Below are positions 41,381 through 52,004 of a DNA stretch of 64,000 nt, one piece after another (positions within the stretch are counted from its first letter, which is position 1; every line of letters begins with the position of its first letter). Below the pieces are notes generated by a model. It was not told the DNA's origin and did not search any database. It saw nothing but the letters and a program-made list of their open reading frames with translations. The translations under genes and the position numbers were made by a program. This DNA is from an uncultured Verrucomicrobiae bacterium (GTDB lineage Bacteria > Verrucomicrobiota > Verrucomicrobiia > Chthoniobacterales > Chthoniobacteraceae): contig CAWHEP010000009.1 of the NCBI GenBank assembly GCA_963828525.1, positions 349,788 to 413,787 on the forward strand. Reading direction: 5' to 3'.

Positions 41381-41845
41381 CTACTCGTGGCTCAGCAGAA
41401 GGGAGTCGATGTATTTTTTGTTCCCTTTCCTGAGCCGGTCAACGAGAACGCGCCCCACCGCGATCAGGAGCTTGAAAGCGGCGCTGGGATAGACACCGGA
41501 AAGGGCGCGGATAACGGACTGTGGAACCCGCATCAGGGTGCATGCGCCCACTGCTTCTACATCAGCGGAACGCGGGCCGTGATCCACCAATGCCAGCTCC
41601 CCGAAAAAGTCGCCCGGAGCCAGCCTGGCCAATTCGACACGCTTCCCTCCGGTCCTGTGTATGACCTGCGCGGCGCCTTTCAACAGTACAAACATGCAAT
41701 CGCCAGGCTCGTCTTGCTTCACTATGCACTCTCCGGAGGTGACCTCAATCGTTTCCGCGAGTTCGGTAAACGTGTCGAGTTCTCCTTCTGAGAACTCTGA
41801 AAATAGCGTCAACTTGCCCAGAATATTTCGAATCTCGTCACTCAT
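41381..41845 (-). CDS. Stand-alone cyclic nucleotide-binding domain protein
   Basis: GDFFGELALVDHGPRSADV phosphate-binding cassette; no HTH. Confidence 0.9.
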   Translation of the reverse strand: MSDEIRNILGKLTLFSEFSEGELDTFTELAETIEVTSGECIVKQDEPGDCMFVLLKGAAQVIHRTGGKRVELARLAPGDFFGELALVDHGPRSADVEAVGACTLMRVPQSVIRALSGVYPSAAFKLLIAVGRVLVDRLRKGNKKYIDSLLLSHE

Positions 41846-41854
41846 ATCGCGCTC

Positions 41855-42514
41855 TCAAATAATGCGGCCATCCCGCATACGGATACGACGGCTGGCGACA
41901 TCTGCCACCTCGTCACTGTGAGTCACGAGTATCATAGTCGTCATGTGCTGAGAAGAAATCTTTTGGAGGAGTTCCACCACCTGCCTTGCGTTCGCCGAAT
42001 CGAGATTGCCGGTCGGTTCGTCCGCCAGCAGCACAGAAGGCCGATGCACAAGCGCCCGCGCGATGGCCGCGCGTTGCAGCTCACCTCCGCTCAGTTGATG
42101 AGTGAAATTCTGCGATTTGTCCCGCATCCCCACGAGCTCCAGCAATTCCATGGCTCGCTCCTCAGCAACTACTACGCTGCAGCCCTGCAACAGCAACGGC
42201 AGACTGGCATTCTCCAGCACATTCATCGTTGGGAGCAGATTAAAGAACTGAAAAACGATTCCCATCTTTGTCCGCCGATACGCCGTCATCTCTTTTTCCG
42301 CCGCTTTGTGCAGCGGGATACCATCTACGTAAACCTCGCCAGAAGTCGGCGTATCCAGCGCCCCTATGACATGCATGAGGGTGCTTTTCCCGCAGCCACT
42401 GGGTCCGGTAATTGCGACAAACTCGTTCCGCGCGATCTCCAGCGAAACATCGTTCAAGGCGAAAAAAGGCGCCGGTGCGCCGTAGCAGCGGCTGACTCCT
42501 TTTAGGAGGATCAT
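41855..42514 (-). CDS. ABC transporter ATP-binding protein (LolD/MacB-like)
   Basis: GPSGCGKST, LSGGELQRAAIARAL, LADEPTGNLD, VTH. Confidence 0.92.
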   Translation of the reverse strand: MILLKGVSRCYGAPAPFFALNDVSLEIARNEFVAITGPSGCGKSTLMHVIGALDTPTSGEVYVDGIPLHKAAEKEMTAYRRTKMGIVFQFFNLLPTMNVLENASLPLLLQGCSVVVAEERAMELLELVGMRDKSQNFTHQLSGGELQRAAIARALVHRPSVLLADEPTGNLDSANARQVVELLQKISSQHMTTMILVTHSDEVADVASRRIRMRDGRII

Positions 42515-42584
42515 GCCGCCCGTTCCACCTGAACTGTCGTTTGCCCCACAAAACGATACATTTAGCTGATATATACCGCCACTT

Positions 42585-43352
42585 TTGCAAAACGAAATCA
42601 CAACGCATGAATATTGGCCCGTCCGCGTCAGGCTTATTCAGGAGACGGAGGACTGGGTGGCGGTGGATAAGCCTGCGCACCTCAGGATCCATCCCAGCAA
42701 GCCGAGTGACTGGCATACGGCTTGGAACCAACTCAGGAATATCCTCGCCTATGAAGTTGCAAACGGTGGACAGGTCTCGCTGATCAATCGCCTGGATCGC
42801 GAAACAAGTGGCGTTGTGCTTGTGGCCAAGAATGCCTCGGCGGCCCGCAGGTTCTGTCGCGCGATGGAAAACCGCGAATTTCACAAGGAGTACTTTGCCA
42901 TCGTGTGGGGCTGGCCGAGAGAGGACGTCTATGAGATAGAAGCGCCTCTCGCGCGGCAGGGAGATCACATGACATCGCGAGTCTGGTTGAAACAGGCCGT
43001 GCATCGAGCCGGCGTCCCCGCGTTTACGACGGTGACCGTGGAACGAAGATTCATGCGATCCTCTCCGAACGGTTCTCAGTTCAGTTTGGTGAAAGCGCAG
43101 CCGCTTACAGGCCGGATGCACCAGATTCGCGTTCACCTTTCCCATATCGGGCACCCGGTAGTAGGAGACAAAATTTACGGACCCAGCGACGAGAACTACC
43201 TGCAGTTCATTAAAACAGGTTGGACCGAGCAGTTAAGGCGAACGCTCCTCCTACCTCGGCACGCGCTGCATTCCACCAGGTTATCGCTCCTGGGGGAAAA
43301 ACCACTCTCCTGGGAATCACCTCTGCCAGCAGATCTCGCTGCGTGGCTGTGA
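42585..43352 (+). CDS. RluA-family pseudouridine synthase
   Basis: VDKPA, NRLDRETSG, TGRMHQIRVHL...GHPVVGD. Confidence 0.92.
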   Translation: MQNEITTHEYWPVRVRLIQETEDWVAVDKPAHLRIHPSKPSDWHTAWNQLRNILAYEVANGGQVSLINRLDRETSGVVLVAKNASAARRFCRAMENREFHKEYFAIVWGWPREDVYEIEAPLARQGDHMTSRVWLKQAVHRAGVPAFTTVTVERRFMRSSPNGSQFSLVKAQPLTGRMHQIRVHLSHIGHPVVGDKIYGPSDENYLQFIKTGWTEQLRRTLLLPRHALHSTRLSLLGEKPLSWESPLPADLAAWL

Positions 43353-43384
43353 CGCGGAGGTTTTGCCGCAGGTCCATCAAAACA

Positions 43385-43416
43385 AAACCCCGGCGGCATT
43401 GAAGCCGCCGGGGTTT
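43385..43416. terminator. Intrinsic terminator between the convergent RluA-family and PEP-CTERM genes
   Basis: Perfect 13-bp stem AAACCCCGGCGGC/GCCGCCGGGGTTT with a 6-nt loop; U-rich tail (TTTTGTTTT) on the minus strand. Confidence 0.85.
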
Positions 43417-43439
43417 GGGAGATCTGCGGTTTTGTAAGG

Positions 43440-45171
43440 CTACGCCTTGGCCGCCTTGGAGCGCTGGCGAGACAGCACCGCAAAGCCAAGTGCCGCCGCG
43501 ATAGGCATGATCCAGGTTGAAGGCTCGGGAACAGCTTCAGCTACGCCACGATAGACTACGCCGTAGGACGGGCCGTCCAGTGTGTTGAATGACTCTCCCG
43601 TTGGCAAAGATGTCGCGCTCAGATTATCGACGATAGCGACGACAGCATTGGGATCAGCACCCGGGTCTCCAGATCCACTCACGGTGGAAGTGACTCCGAA
43701 TATTGTCACAGTGCCGTCCTGATTTGTCTGCCCCGTGATGTTGCGCAATCCGTCCGTTTCGGGTGACCAATTACCCAAATCTTTCGATGTTGTACCCGTG
43801 ACGACTGTGTGATCGCCTGTCGGATAACCCGCAACCGTGTATGTCTGACCCAGATTCAAACCGGACTGGAGGGTGTAATCTTTTTGCCAAGTTCCGCTCA
43901 CTGCAAGCGTCCACTTCTCCAAACCCGAATTCAGATCGCTGCCAGCATTGGCTACTGTACCGTCGCCTTCGTCCGCAATGTAAAGGGTGGACTTGTTGGC
44001 GAACCAGATGCCGAACGGGTAAAACCCTTGGGGATACGCAGCCGATGTCCCTGTGCTTGCCAAAAAGGTTGGAAGCCCTGGGAGGGGATTGATGACTGTG
44101 CTCGATGCCGTTGCCGCTGTGGGAAGAGTGCCAGCCGTGCCAACCTGATAAACCGTATTGATTCCGTTGCTGCCGCTGCCCTTGGTCACAAACAGGGTAT
44201 TGCCGTAGATTGTCTCGCCACGGAAATTGTTGTCCTTACCGTATTTATCCAAGCCGTTCGTTCCGGAATAGGCGACTCCGGTTGAGGGGTTCGTTTGGGT
44301 GACGGAAAATCCGTACTGCGCCGTTGCAACGCCCTTGTTCGTTGTCCCTGAGGTCAAGACACCAACCACAGTCGTTCCTTGCGCGGATGGTGTCGCGTTT
44401 ACGCCCGGGGTAATGATCTGGACACCCGTAGTTTGCGCAATGGACAAGGAACCATTCCCATTACCTCCGTTTCCTACGGTAAGATACTGGTTATCCGCAG
44501 AATCCAGGATTGCCGCGCGGCCATTGTTTCCCGCGTAGGCGTTGGAGGTGGTCGTCGAGACTGACCCGTCCCTATTAACCTGAATGACTTCGCGATACGC
44601 CGGACCGGAGGTTACAAAATTCCCGGGCTCGCCATTGCTTCCCGAGAGGTAGGGGGTGCCGCTATTCGAAATATCAAGAGCCACCGGCGGCTGCCTGGTA
44701 GCCCATAAACGTAATCGCATTGCCATCCGTAGATACATTCAAGGCAAGTTCCGACTTTGATGGGAAGCTGGTAACCGCGATGCTTGGCGAGATCGCGAGG
44801 CTGTTCGCCAGTGTCGCGGTGGTTCCACTTGCCCCCAAAGAGAACTGGTCGAGGCTGATCTGCGCGGTTACGCCGAAGCTACTATCCACCTGATCATTGT
44901 CAAAAACGAACGGATACCCGGAACTGCCACTTGCGATGGCTTTAAAAGGAGTGCCGCCGTTCTTCGAGTCGGGCAGATTGTCTCCCACGTTCAGTGTCGA
45001 GACCACTCCCGTGTTGGAGTAAACGCTTTTGCTGACAACGAGGTCCCCGTTTATCAGGCTAAATTGCCCGAAAGCTGGGGTGAGGGCGCTTCCCGAGAGA
45101 AGAATCGCTGAGAACATCGCAATGCGGCGGACTTTGCCCGCGCAAGCGATGGATGTAGATAAGGTTTTCAT
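43440..45171 (-). CDS. PEP-CTERM sorting-domain surface protein (frameshift ~44680)
   Basis: Signal peptide in ORF 44674-45171; Gly/Thr/Ser-rich beta-rich body; C-terminal AVPEPSTW + TM + basic tail. Confidence 0.88.
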
Positions 45172-45244
45172 CGTGGATTGGAACTGTCTTTCTTACTGGT
45201 TGAGTCCCGCGATGTTTCGCGGAGCACACCAGATAAAGAGCGAC

Positions 45245-45284
45245 TGTTACAATCCAGCGACGGGAATGTCACATTTGTGTAACA
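45245..45284 (-). promoter_or_regulatory. Phased TGTNACA repeats (OmpR/PhoB-type box candidate)
   Basis: TGTTACA (45245), TGTCACA (45267) and TGTAACA (45278) are offset by 22 and 11 bp, upstream of the PEP-CTERM gene. Confidence 0.45.
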
Positions 45285-45326
45285 TCAACCTCTTCCCTTT
45301 GTTCAGGAAGCGCCTGCCCAGAAGCG

Positions 45327-45497
45327 TTACTGATGCTCGACGACAGTCGTGGTGCTGCTATCAGCGGGTTGAACGTGATGAACCTCTTCGGTCGTTGTGG
45401 TAACGGCCGTTGTTGGAGGTGTGTGTTCCTCGGCGCACCCGACGAAGATACCTGAAGCCAACACAAGTGATGCGGTGATGAGTAGGGTTGTTTTCAT
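45327..45497 (-). CDS. Small Thr-rich lipoprotein (56 aa)
   Basis: Below the ORF track cutoff: MKTTLLITASLVLASGIFVGCAEEHTPPTTAVTTTTEEVHHVQPADSSTTTVVEHQ; lipobox FVGC. Confidence 0.7.
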   Translation of the reverse strand: MKTTLLITASLVLASGIFVGCAEEHTPPTTAVTTTTEEVHHVQPADSSTTTVVEHQ

Positions 45498-45548
45498 AAG
45501 CCCTACTGATTCGAATGACCCCCAGCAGTAGGCCGTATGCCCACGTAT

Positions 45549-45881
45549 CTACATTCCCATGTTGGACAGGATCACAGCAATGCGATTCACTGTGGCAACC
45601 AACTCAGGATGAGAAGTCTCAAACCCTTCGACAGAAGAGGTAAGACCGCTTCTAGCCGCTTCTGACGAGCCGGGCTCCTTTTCAGCTCCTGTGGCGACAT
45701 GCGCTGACAGGTCCGCCAGCCTGGCTATGCTTGCGGCCTCTCCCTCGTGGGTCTTTGAAAGTATCCCCAATTCGGACTTCAGCGAAGCCGTCAGGGCGAG
45801 GAGCTCATTCCTGCTCTCTTCCGAGAGATTGCCGGCTTCCCGGAGCTTCAACTCTATCTGCGCGATCTGGTCTTGGATCAT
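45549..45881 (-). CDS. DUF4404 family protein
   Basis: C-terminal FETSHPELVATVNRIAVILSNMGM signature. Confidence 0.8.
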   Translation of the reverse strand: MIQDQIAQIELKLREAGNLSEESRNELLALTASLKSELGILSKTHEGEAASIARLADLSAHVATGAEKEPGSSEAARSGLTSSVEGFETSHPELVATVNRIAVILSNMGM

Positions 45882-45992
45882 TGTGTTGTCTGGGGAAACA
45901 TCCGCCTCATTCAAACCGGATAAAACGTAGCCGCTTTGTGGATGGCAAGCCACCCACAAAGCGCAACGTCCTTCAAATAAACTGAGCTGAAA

Positions 45993-48122
45993 CTAGGACA
46001 CGGCCTGCGCCGCTTCGTTTCGTTCTTTCATGGCCGCTCTCCGGCTTAGCTTTACGCGTCCTTTATCATCGATCCCGATGCACTTGACCCAGACAGCGTC
46101 TCCCACCTTCACAACATCTTCCGTCCGGTTGACCCTGAAATCGGCAAGTTCGGAAATATGGCAAAGCCCTTCCTTGCCGGGGAGCACTTCAATGAAGGCT
46201 CCAAACTCCTTCGTGGAGACCACATGACCGCTGTAAGTTTCGCCGATGCCGATCTCCTTCGTCATTCCCGTGATGATTTCCTTGGCCCTATTCAGGCTTT
46301 CAGGATTGCTCGAATAAATGTGAACTGAGCCATCATCATCGATGTTAATTTCCGCGCCAGTCTCGGCAACGATGCCCTTGATGGTTTTTCCGCCAGGTCC
46401 GATGAGAAGGCCGATCTTATCTGGATTGATGCGTACCGTCTCGATGCGGGGAGCGTACTTGCTCATCTCCTTGCGCGGGGCCGCCAAGGCCGCGCTCATC
46501 ACTTCCAGAATCCTGCCGCGCGCCTCTTTCGCCTCAAAGACTGCCTCAGTAAGGATCTTGAGACTGATGCCCGGAAGCTTGAGATCCAACTGGAAGCCCG
46601 TGACGCCCTGATCGGTGCCGCAGAGTTTGAAGTCCATATCGCCAAAGTGATCCTCCGAGCCGATGATGTCCGTCATGGTCGTGTAGCGCTCCATCCGGTT
46701 GTCAGCGGAGAACTCCGTAACCAACCCGACCGAAATCCCTGCAACCGGCTTCTTGATTGGCACGCCCGCGTCCATGAGCGCAAGCACACCGGCGCATACC
46801 GACGCCATCGAGGTCGAGCCGTTTGACTCCATGACCTCGCTGCTGATGCGAATGGCATAAGGGAAGTCCGCTTCAGAGGGAATCACCGGGAAGATCGAGC
46901 GCTCCGCCAGAGCGCCATGACCAATTTCGCGCCGGCTTGTGCCGCCCGTCCGACCCGTCTCGCCCACGCTAAAGGGGGGGAAGTTATAGTGAAGGATAAA
47001 TCTCTTTGTGGACTCGCCGCCCGTGTAGGCGTCGAGATTCTGTGCCTCCTCCGCCGGGGCCAGGGTAGTCAATGCCAGAGCCTGCGTCTCACCGCGCTGG
47101 AAAAGAGCGGAACCATGCGAGCGCGGAAGCAAACCGGTTTCCGCGGAAAGAGCGCGGATCTCGTGCAGGTCGCGCCCATCGCAACGCTTCTTACGATCCA
47201 GGATGCTCACCCTGAACGCCTTCTTTTGCAGATAATCGAAAGCCTGCGAAATCTCGAAGCCGGTTGCTTCCGGATGCCTGGCAAGCACAGCTGCTTTGAC
47301 TTCGACGCGTAAAGCATCGACAGCCTTGCTGCGGGCCACTTTCCCTGAGGTGTAAAGTGCCGCTTCGATGCGGTCGCCAGCCACCTGATAGGCAATTTCC
47401 AGGACCTCATCTTTGACGAGCATCAGAGGAGCCTGCCGCTTTGGCTTGTTCACCTTTGCCGCAAGTTCACTTTGCATCCGGATCAGTTCCTTCGCGTGCT
47501 CATGCGCAAACGCCAGGGCCTTTACGAACTCTTCCTCTGGAAGCTCATTGGCCGATCCCTCGATCATGATGACGTCATCGGCAGTACCTACGTACACGAG
47601 ATCAAGATCGCTGTGAACCCGCACAGAATGCGGCGGGTTTGCCACAAACTCACCATTCACTCGTCCCACCCTCACCGCGCCAATCGGCCCAGCGAACGGG
47701 ATGTCCGAAACCATTAACGCGGCGGAAGCGCCGTTAATGCTAAGGATGTCGGGGTCATTTTCCCCGTCAGCGCTCAGCATTACTGTAATGATCTGGGTGT
47801 CATAGAGGTACCCTTTTGGAAACAGGGGGCGCAAAGGCCGATCTGTCATCCGGGCGGTGAGAGTTTCTTTCTCGCTTGGACGCCCCTCGCGCTTGAAATA
47901 GCCGCCGGGAAACTTGCCGACCGCGGCCGCTTTTTCCCTGTAGTCAACCGTGAGCGGGAAGAAATCCTGCCCCTCTTTTGTTGTTGTAGCTGAAACTGCG
48001 GAGACCAGGATGATGGTCTCCCCGCTGCGCACGGTTACCGCGCCGTCAGCGAGTTTTGCAAGTTTGCCTGTCTCGATTGTGATGTCGGACGAGCCGATAC
48101 GGCTCGATACTGTATGATGCAT
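45993..48122 (-). CDS. pnp: Polyribonucleotide nucleotidyltransferase (PNPase)
   Basis: DFFPLTVDY, RREIGHGALAE, ESNGSTSMAS, GDMDFK; KH and S1 domains. Confidence 0.98.
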   Translation of the reverse strand: MHHTVSSRIGSSDITIETGKLAKLADGAVTVRSGETIILVSAVSATTTKEGQDFFPLTVDYREKAAAVGKFPGGYFKREGRPSEKETLTARMTDRPLRPLFPKGYLYDTQIITVMLSADGENDPDILSINGASAALMVSDIPFAGPIGAVRVGRVNGEFVANPPHSVRVHSDLDLVYVGTADDVIMIEGSANELPEEEFVKALAFAHEHAKELIRMQSELAAKVNKPKRQAPLMLVKDEVLEIAYQVAGDRIEAALYTSGKVARSKAVDALRVEVKAAVLARHPEATGFEISQAFDYLQKKAFRVSILDRKKRCDGRDLHEIRALSAETGLLPRSHGSALFQRGETQALALTTLAPAEEAQNLDAYTGGESTKRFILHYNFPPFSVGETGRTGGTSRREIGHGALAERSIFPVIPSEADFPYAIRISSEVMESNGSTSMASVCAGVLALMDAGVPIKKPVAGISVGLVTEFSADNRMERYTTMTDIIGSEDHFGDMDFKLCGTDQGVTGFQLDLKLPGISLKILTEAVFEAKEARGRILEVMSAALAAPRKEMSKYAPRIETVRINPDKIGLLIGPGGKTIKGIVAETGAEINIDDDGSVHIYSSNPESLNRAKEIITGMTKEIGIGETYSGHVVSTKEFGAFIEVLPGKEGLCHISELADFRVNRTEDVVKVGDAVWVKCIGIDDKGRVKLSRRAAMKERNEAAQAVS

Positions 48123-48258
48123 GGTATGTGTGATGAAACGACACCATGCCAGCCGGTGCTAGCTCGTAGGTTTTAGCCTCGCTCGCGGTTCGGCGCGAAA
48201 AGAGCAGCCGTGAAGCCACTTTCGCGCGAGGAATTGCGGGGCTAAAACCTAAGACTAG
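48120..48258 (-). promoter_or_regulatory. Structured pnp 5' leader
   Basis: 16-bp inverted repeat 48167-48182/48236-48251 (one mismatch); inner GCGCGAAA/TTTCGCGC helix; a 48120-48148 hairpin covers the start codon. Confidence 0.6.
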
Positions 48259-48367
48259 ATCCGGAAACAACAGGTGCCGAGCTTTGGTTATGGTGTGTTA
48301 TCCCGCCAGCTTAGTGCCGGCGAAAAGTGTGTCGCGAGAGAGCACGCCCGGGCGGGGGGCGACGTGG

Positions 48368-48628
48368 CTACTTCCGCAGATTCAGCTTCTCCAATACGCC
48401 CTTGTAGCGCTCGGATGCCGTCTTTTTCAGGTAATCGAGCAGGCTGCGACGTTGCGCAACCATCATCAGTAATCCGCGACGGGATGAATGATCCTTGGCG
48501 TGCGCCTTCAGATGCTCTGTGAGATGATTAATACGATGCGTGAGCAGGGCAATTTGCACGTCCGCGCTGCCCGTGTCCTTCTCGTGCATCTGGAAACTTT
48601 GAATTGGGTTTGTCTCTATCGTAGCCAT
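48368..48628 (-). CDS. rpsO: 30S ribosomal protein S15
   Basis: [13 protein letters not shown]...[10 protein letters not shown]...RRSLLDYL; upstream of pnp. Confidence 0.98.
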   Translation of the reverse strand: MATIETNPIQSFQMHEKDTGSADVQIALLTHRINHLTEHLKAHAKDHSSRRGLLMMVAQRRSLLDYLKKTASERYKGVLEKLNLRK

Positions 48629-48741
48629 GCTTGGGCTGCCAACTATCCACGGAATATTCTGAGTGGCAAGATATTTTTAAATCCGGTCCGCCTTTGCGTC
48701 ACAAGTTGGGCGTTGGCATCGGATGTGCTTGGTAACTCTCC

Positions 48742-49959
48742 ATGCTCACGTACGCCTATCAAGCCCGGGACGCCACGGGCCGAGTAACCTCCGGAATCCA
48801 GGAAGCTTTGAACGAGGACAATGCCATCAGTTCGCTGATGACACGCGGCCTGATGGTTCTCTCCATTCAGCAGAAAGGATCCGTGCGCGTGATCAAAGCT
48901 CCCAGCAAGATCAGCGAAACAGACACCGTGCTCTTTACGCGCCAACTGGCGACGATGGTGGACGCCGGCTTGCCTCTTGTCACCGCGCTAACTGGTCTCT
49001 ACGAGCAGACCGACCCCAAGCGCCAGGCAGGCCTCCGCTACGTGATCGGCGACCTGAGCGCGCGCGTCCAGCAAGGAGACACATTCTTCGAAGCGGTCTC
49101 CAAGCACCCGAAGGTCTTTAACAGACTCTACGTGAGCATGGTAAAAGCCGGCGAATCGGGCGGTTTGCTCTCAGAAATTCTGGATCGGCTGGCGGCGTTC
49201 CTGGAAGCCTCGGCAAGACTCCGCAAGAAAGTGAAGTCGGCGATGACTTACCCAGTCATCGTAGTATGCATCGCATTTTGCATCACGACCTTCCTCATCG
49301 TGAAGATCGTGCCGGTTTTCGCGCAAATCTTCGCCGACTTCGGCTCCAAACTGCCGGCTCCCACACAGTTTCTCATTGACCTCAGCGATTTCATCCGGGG
49401 GCAGTGGTACTTTCTCATTCTGGGAATAGGCGGCACCATCTTTGGCATTCGCTATTTCCTGGGCACGAAGAAGGGCGCGGATTGGTGGGACAAATATAAG
49501 CTTAAACTGCCAATCTTCGGCCCGCTCACGCACAAAATCTGCATGGCGCGCTTCTCTCGCACCTTTGCCCAGCTCATCCGGAGCGGTGTGCCGATTCTGG
49601 AGGTGATGGAAATTGTAGGTGAAACCTCGGGTAACAACGTGATCGCCACCGCGATCCATAGCGTCGCCTCGGACGTCGAAAAAGGCGATCACCTCACTTC
49701 AGCGATGTCGAAGCAGGCTATCTTTCCCCCCATGCTCTTAAGAATGATCGCCGCCGGCGAGGCGACCGGCAAGATCGACACCATGCTGGAAAAAATGGCC
49801 GACTTCTGGGATGAAGAAATTGAGGCTTTGCTGGACGCCCTCACCTCGCTTATCGAGCCGATCCTAATCGTATTCCTCGGCGTTGTCGTCGGCGGCATCG
49901 TCATCGCGATGTTCCTGCCAATCTTCAAATTGAACGATATAGTGTCGCAGAACAAATAA
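48742..49959 (+). CDS. pilC: Type II secretion F / type IV pilus assembly protein PilC
   Basis: FTRQLATMVDAGLP, GESGG, KVKSAMTYP, GEATG, LIEP...AMFLPIF. Confidence 0.92.
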   Translation: MLTYAYQARDATGRVTSGIQEALNEDNAISSLMTRGLMVLSIQQKGSVRVIKAPSKISETDTVLFTRQLATMVDAGLPLVTALTGLYEQTDPKRQAGLRYVIGDLSARVQQGDTFFEAVSKHPKVFNRLYVSMVKAGESGGLLSEILDRLAAFLEASARLRKKVKSAMTYPVIVVCIAFCITTFLIVKIVPVFAQIFADFGSKLPAPTQFLIDLSDFIRGQWYFLILGIGGTIFGIRYFLGTKKGADWWDKYKLKLPIFGPLTHKICMARFSRTFAQLIRSGVPILEVMEIVGETSGNNVIATAIHSVASDVEKGDHLTSAMSKQAIFPPMLLRMIAAGEATGKIDTMLEKMADFWDEEIEALLDALTSLIEPILIVFLGVVVGGIVIAMFLPIFKLNDIVSQNK

Positions 49960-50488
49960 GGATGGCGACGCCGTAGGCAAGACCGGCGAGACAGAGCATC
50001 TTCCATCGGCCGGTGGCTTTAAGCACCCACTCTATTTGATCGCGCATGACGTAGGGCGTGCCGACCCAGAACATCCCGAGCACCGCCCAAACATACGCGA
50101 CGATGACAAGCAAAAGCCTGCTCTTCTCGTGTTGCAGGAAAGCGGCTTCCAGCACAGGTTCCGCGGCGAGCAGCGCCAGCATCCCTGTCGCCCTTACGGA
50201 AAGAAACTCGTCCACAAAAAACAGGCAGAGCACATAAGCGGCCGGGATAATGAGAAGCAGCAGGCTCCGCCAATGCGTGAATTCACCGAGATCCATCATC
50301 TTGATCAATCCAAAACACCACACGGCGTCAACTGTCAGGAGGACTTTCCCGGCGGATGCCGAGCGCGGGAAAGCGCGCAGCCACTTCGTCACCTGCTGGT
50401 GGTTGATCAACGCGACCGCGTGAAGAACTGCGAGGAGCAGACCGACAATCCAGCCCACAGTCTGCAGATTTAGGAACGTGTAGATCAT
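49925..50488 (-). CDS. Hypothetical multi-pass membrane protein
   Basis: About 6 hydrophobic helices; follows miaB in the same orientation. Confidence 0.7.
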   Translation of the reverse strand: MIYTFLNLQTVGWIVGLLLAVLHAVALINHQQVTKWLRAFPRSASAGKVLLTVDAVWCFGLIKMMDLGEFTHWRSLLLLIIPAAYVLCLFFVDEFLSVRATGMLALLAAEPVLEAAFLQHEKSRLLLVIVAYVWAVLGMFWVGTPYVMRDQIEWVLKATGRWKMLCLAGLAYGVAILICSATLYRSI

Positions 50489-50528
50489 TGGATTTCCGGG
50501 GGGAGCAAAAGCGGTTTTTGCGCGAGGC

Positions 50529-51889
50529 TCAAGCCAAAACGGCTGGATCACCATACAGGCTGAACCCGGAGGATCGAGTTACATTCACGTCAAAGATCTC
50601 GCCTATGTGGCGGGTGTTTCCCTCGAAGATGACAATCTTATTCGCGCGGGAGCGCCCCATAAGGCGATCCGGATTCGTTCTGCTCGGACCCTCACATAGT
50701 ATCTCAACCCGCTGCCCTACCAGAGCATCCGCTTTCCGACGCGCGCTCTTGTCCACGACTGCCAGAAGGTCCTGGTTGCGCTTCTCCTTGATCGTCTCAT
50801 CCACCTGTCCGGACATCACGGCCGCCGGATACCCGCGCGCCGTGAGTATCGAAAGACGAAGGCGTTGTCGAAGCCGATTTCCTCCGCAAGATCCCTCGTT
50901 GCGGCGAACTCGGCTTCTGTCTCTCCAGGGAATCCTACAATCATATCCGTAGTCAGCGCGATATCGCCCCGAGCAACACGGATCTTTTCCACCAGCGCGC
51001 GGTAACTTTCCGCAGTATAGGCGCGGCGCATCGCCTTCAAGATGCGATTGGAACCCGATTGCATCGGCAGATGAATGTGCTCCGCAAGCTTTGGCAGCCG
51101 CGTGAATGCTTCTATCAGGTCGTCCCGAAACCCAATGGGATGGGGCGATGTAAATCGAAGCCGCCGGAGACCGTCGACCGCGTGGACTGCCTCCAGCAAT
51201 TGTACGAATGGACTCTTCCCGTCTGCTCTCGGCATCTCATGCCGCCCGTAAAGGTTCACAATCTGGCCCAGTAGTGTCACTTCCTTAATCCCCCTGTCCA
51301 CCAAGTCCCGAACCTCTTTGACTATTTCGGATATCGCCCGGCTTCGCTCGGCGCCTCTGGTCGAAGGGACGATGCAGAAGGCGCAGTGCATATTGCACCC
51401 TTGCATGATGGAGACAAACGCGGTGGCCTGCCCCTCTCGTACTGAGTGGTCTCGGATCGTCTCCTGAGATCCCGCCTCCTCTTCCGTATCGACTATGAAC
51501 TGTCTCGGACCACCCGCGGGAAGTTCGGCGCCGCGGGAAAGCAGATCGTCCACATGTTCCGCCACACGGTGAAATTTCTGCGTGCCCACCACCAGGTTCG
51601 CATGAGGCGCCGCTTCAAGGAGTCCAGCTCCCCTGCTCTGCGCCATGCAGCCTAAAAAGCCGGATACCTGCGGTGGACGGCTTCCTCTCGCCCTTGCCAT
51701 CATCCTCATCTTTCCAATCGCTTTTTGCTCAGCCATGTCCCGAACGCTGCACGTATTCAGCAGCACAACGTCGGCATCCGCCTCCGAAACGATCATCTCA
51801 TGCCCACGCGCGATCAGCATCCGGGCAACTTGCTCCGAATCACGCTCGTTCATCTGGCAACCGTAGGTTTTGAGAAATACCTTCGCCAT
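50529..51889 (-). CDS. miaB: tRNA-2-methylthio-N6-dimethylallyladenosine synthase (frameshift ~50829)
   Basis: KTYGCQMNERDSE; radical SAM CNMHCAFC; FTSPHP; TRAM domain in ORF 50529-50819. Confidence 0.95.
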
Positions 51890-52004
51890 CGTGGCGCGAA
51901 ACTAAGTGGCAAACTGCGTACCGTCCACAAAAAGCAAGCCTCTTCAGGCTTACATTTGAGGCGAACCGCCGCCTTCCTCCGCCAAGCCGCCCCGGGTTAG
52001 CGTC

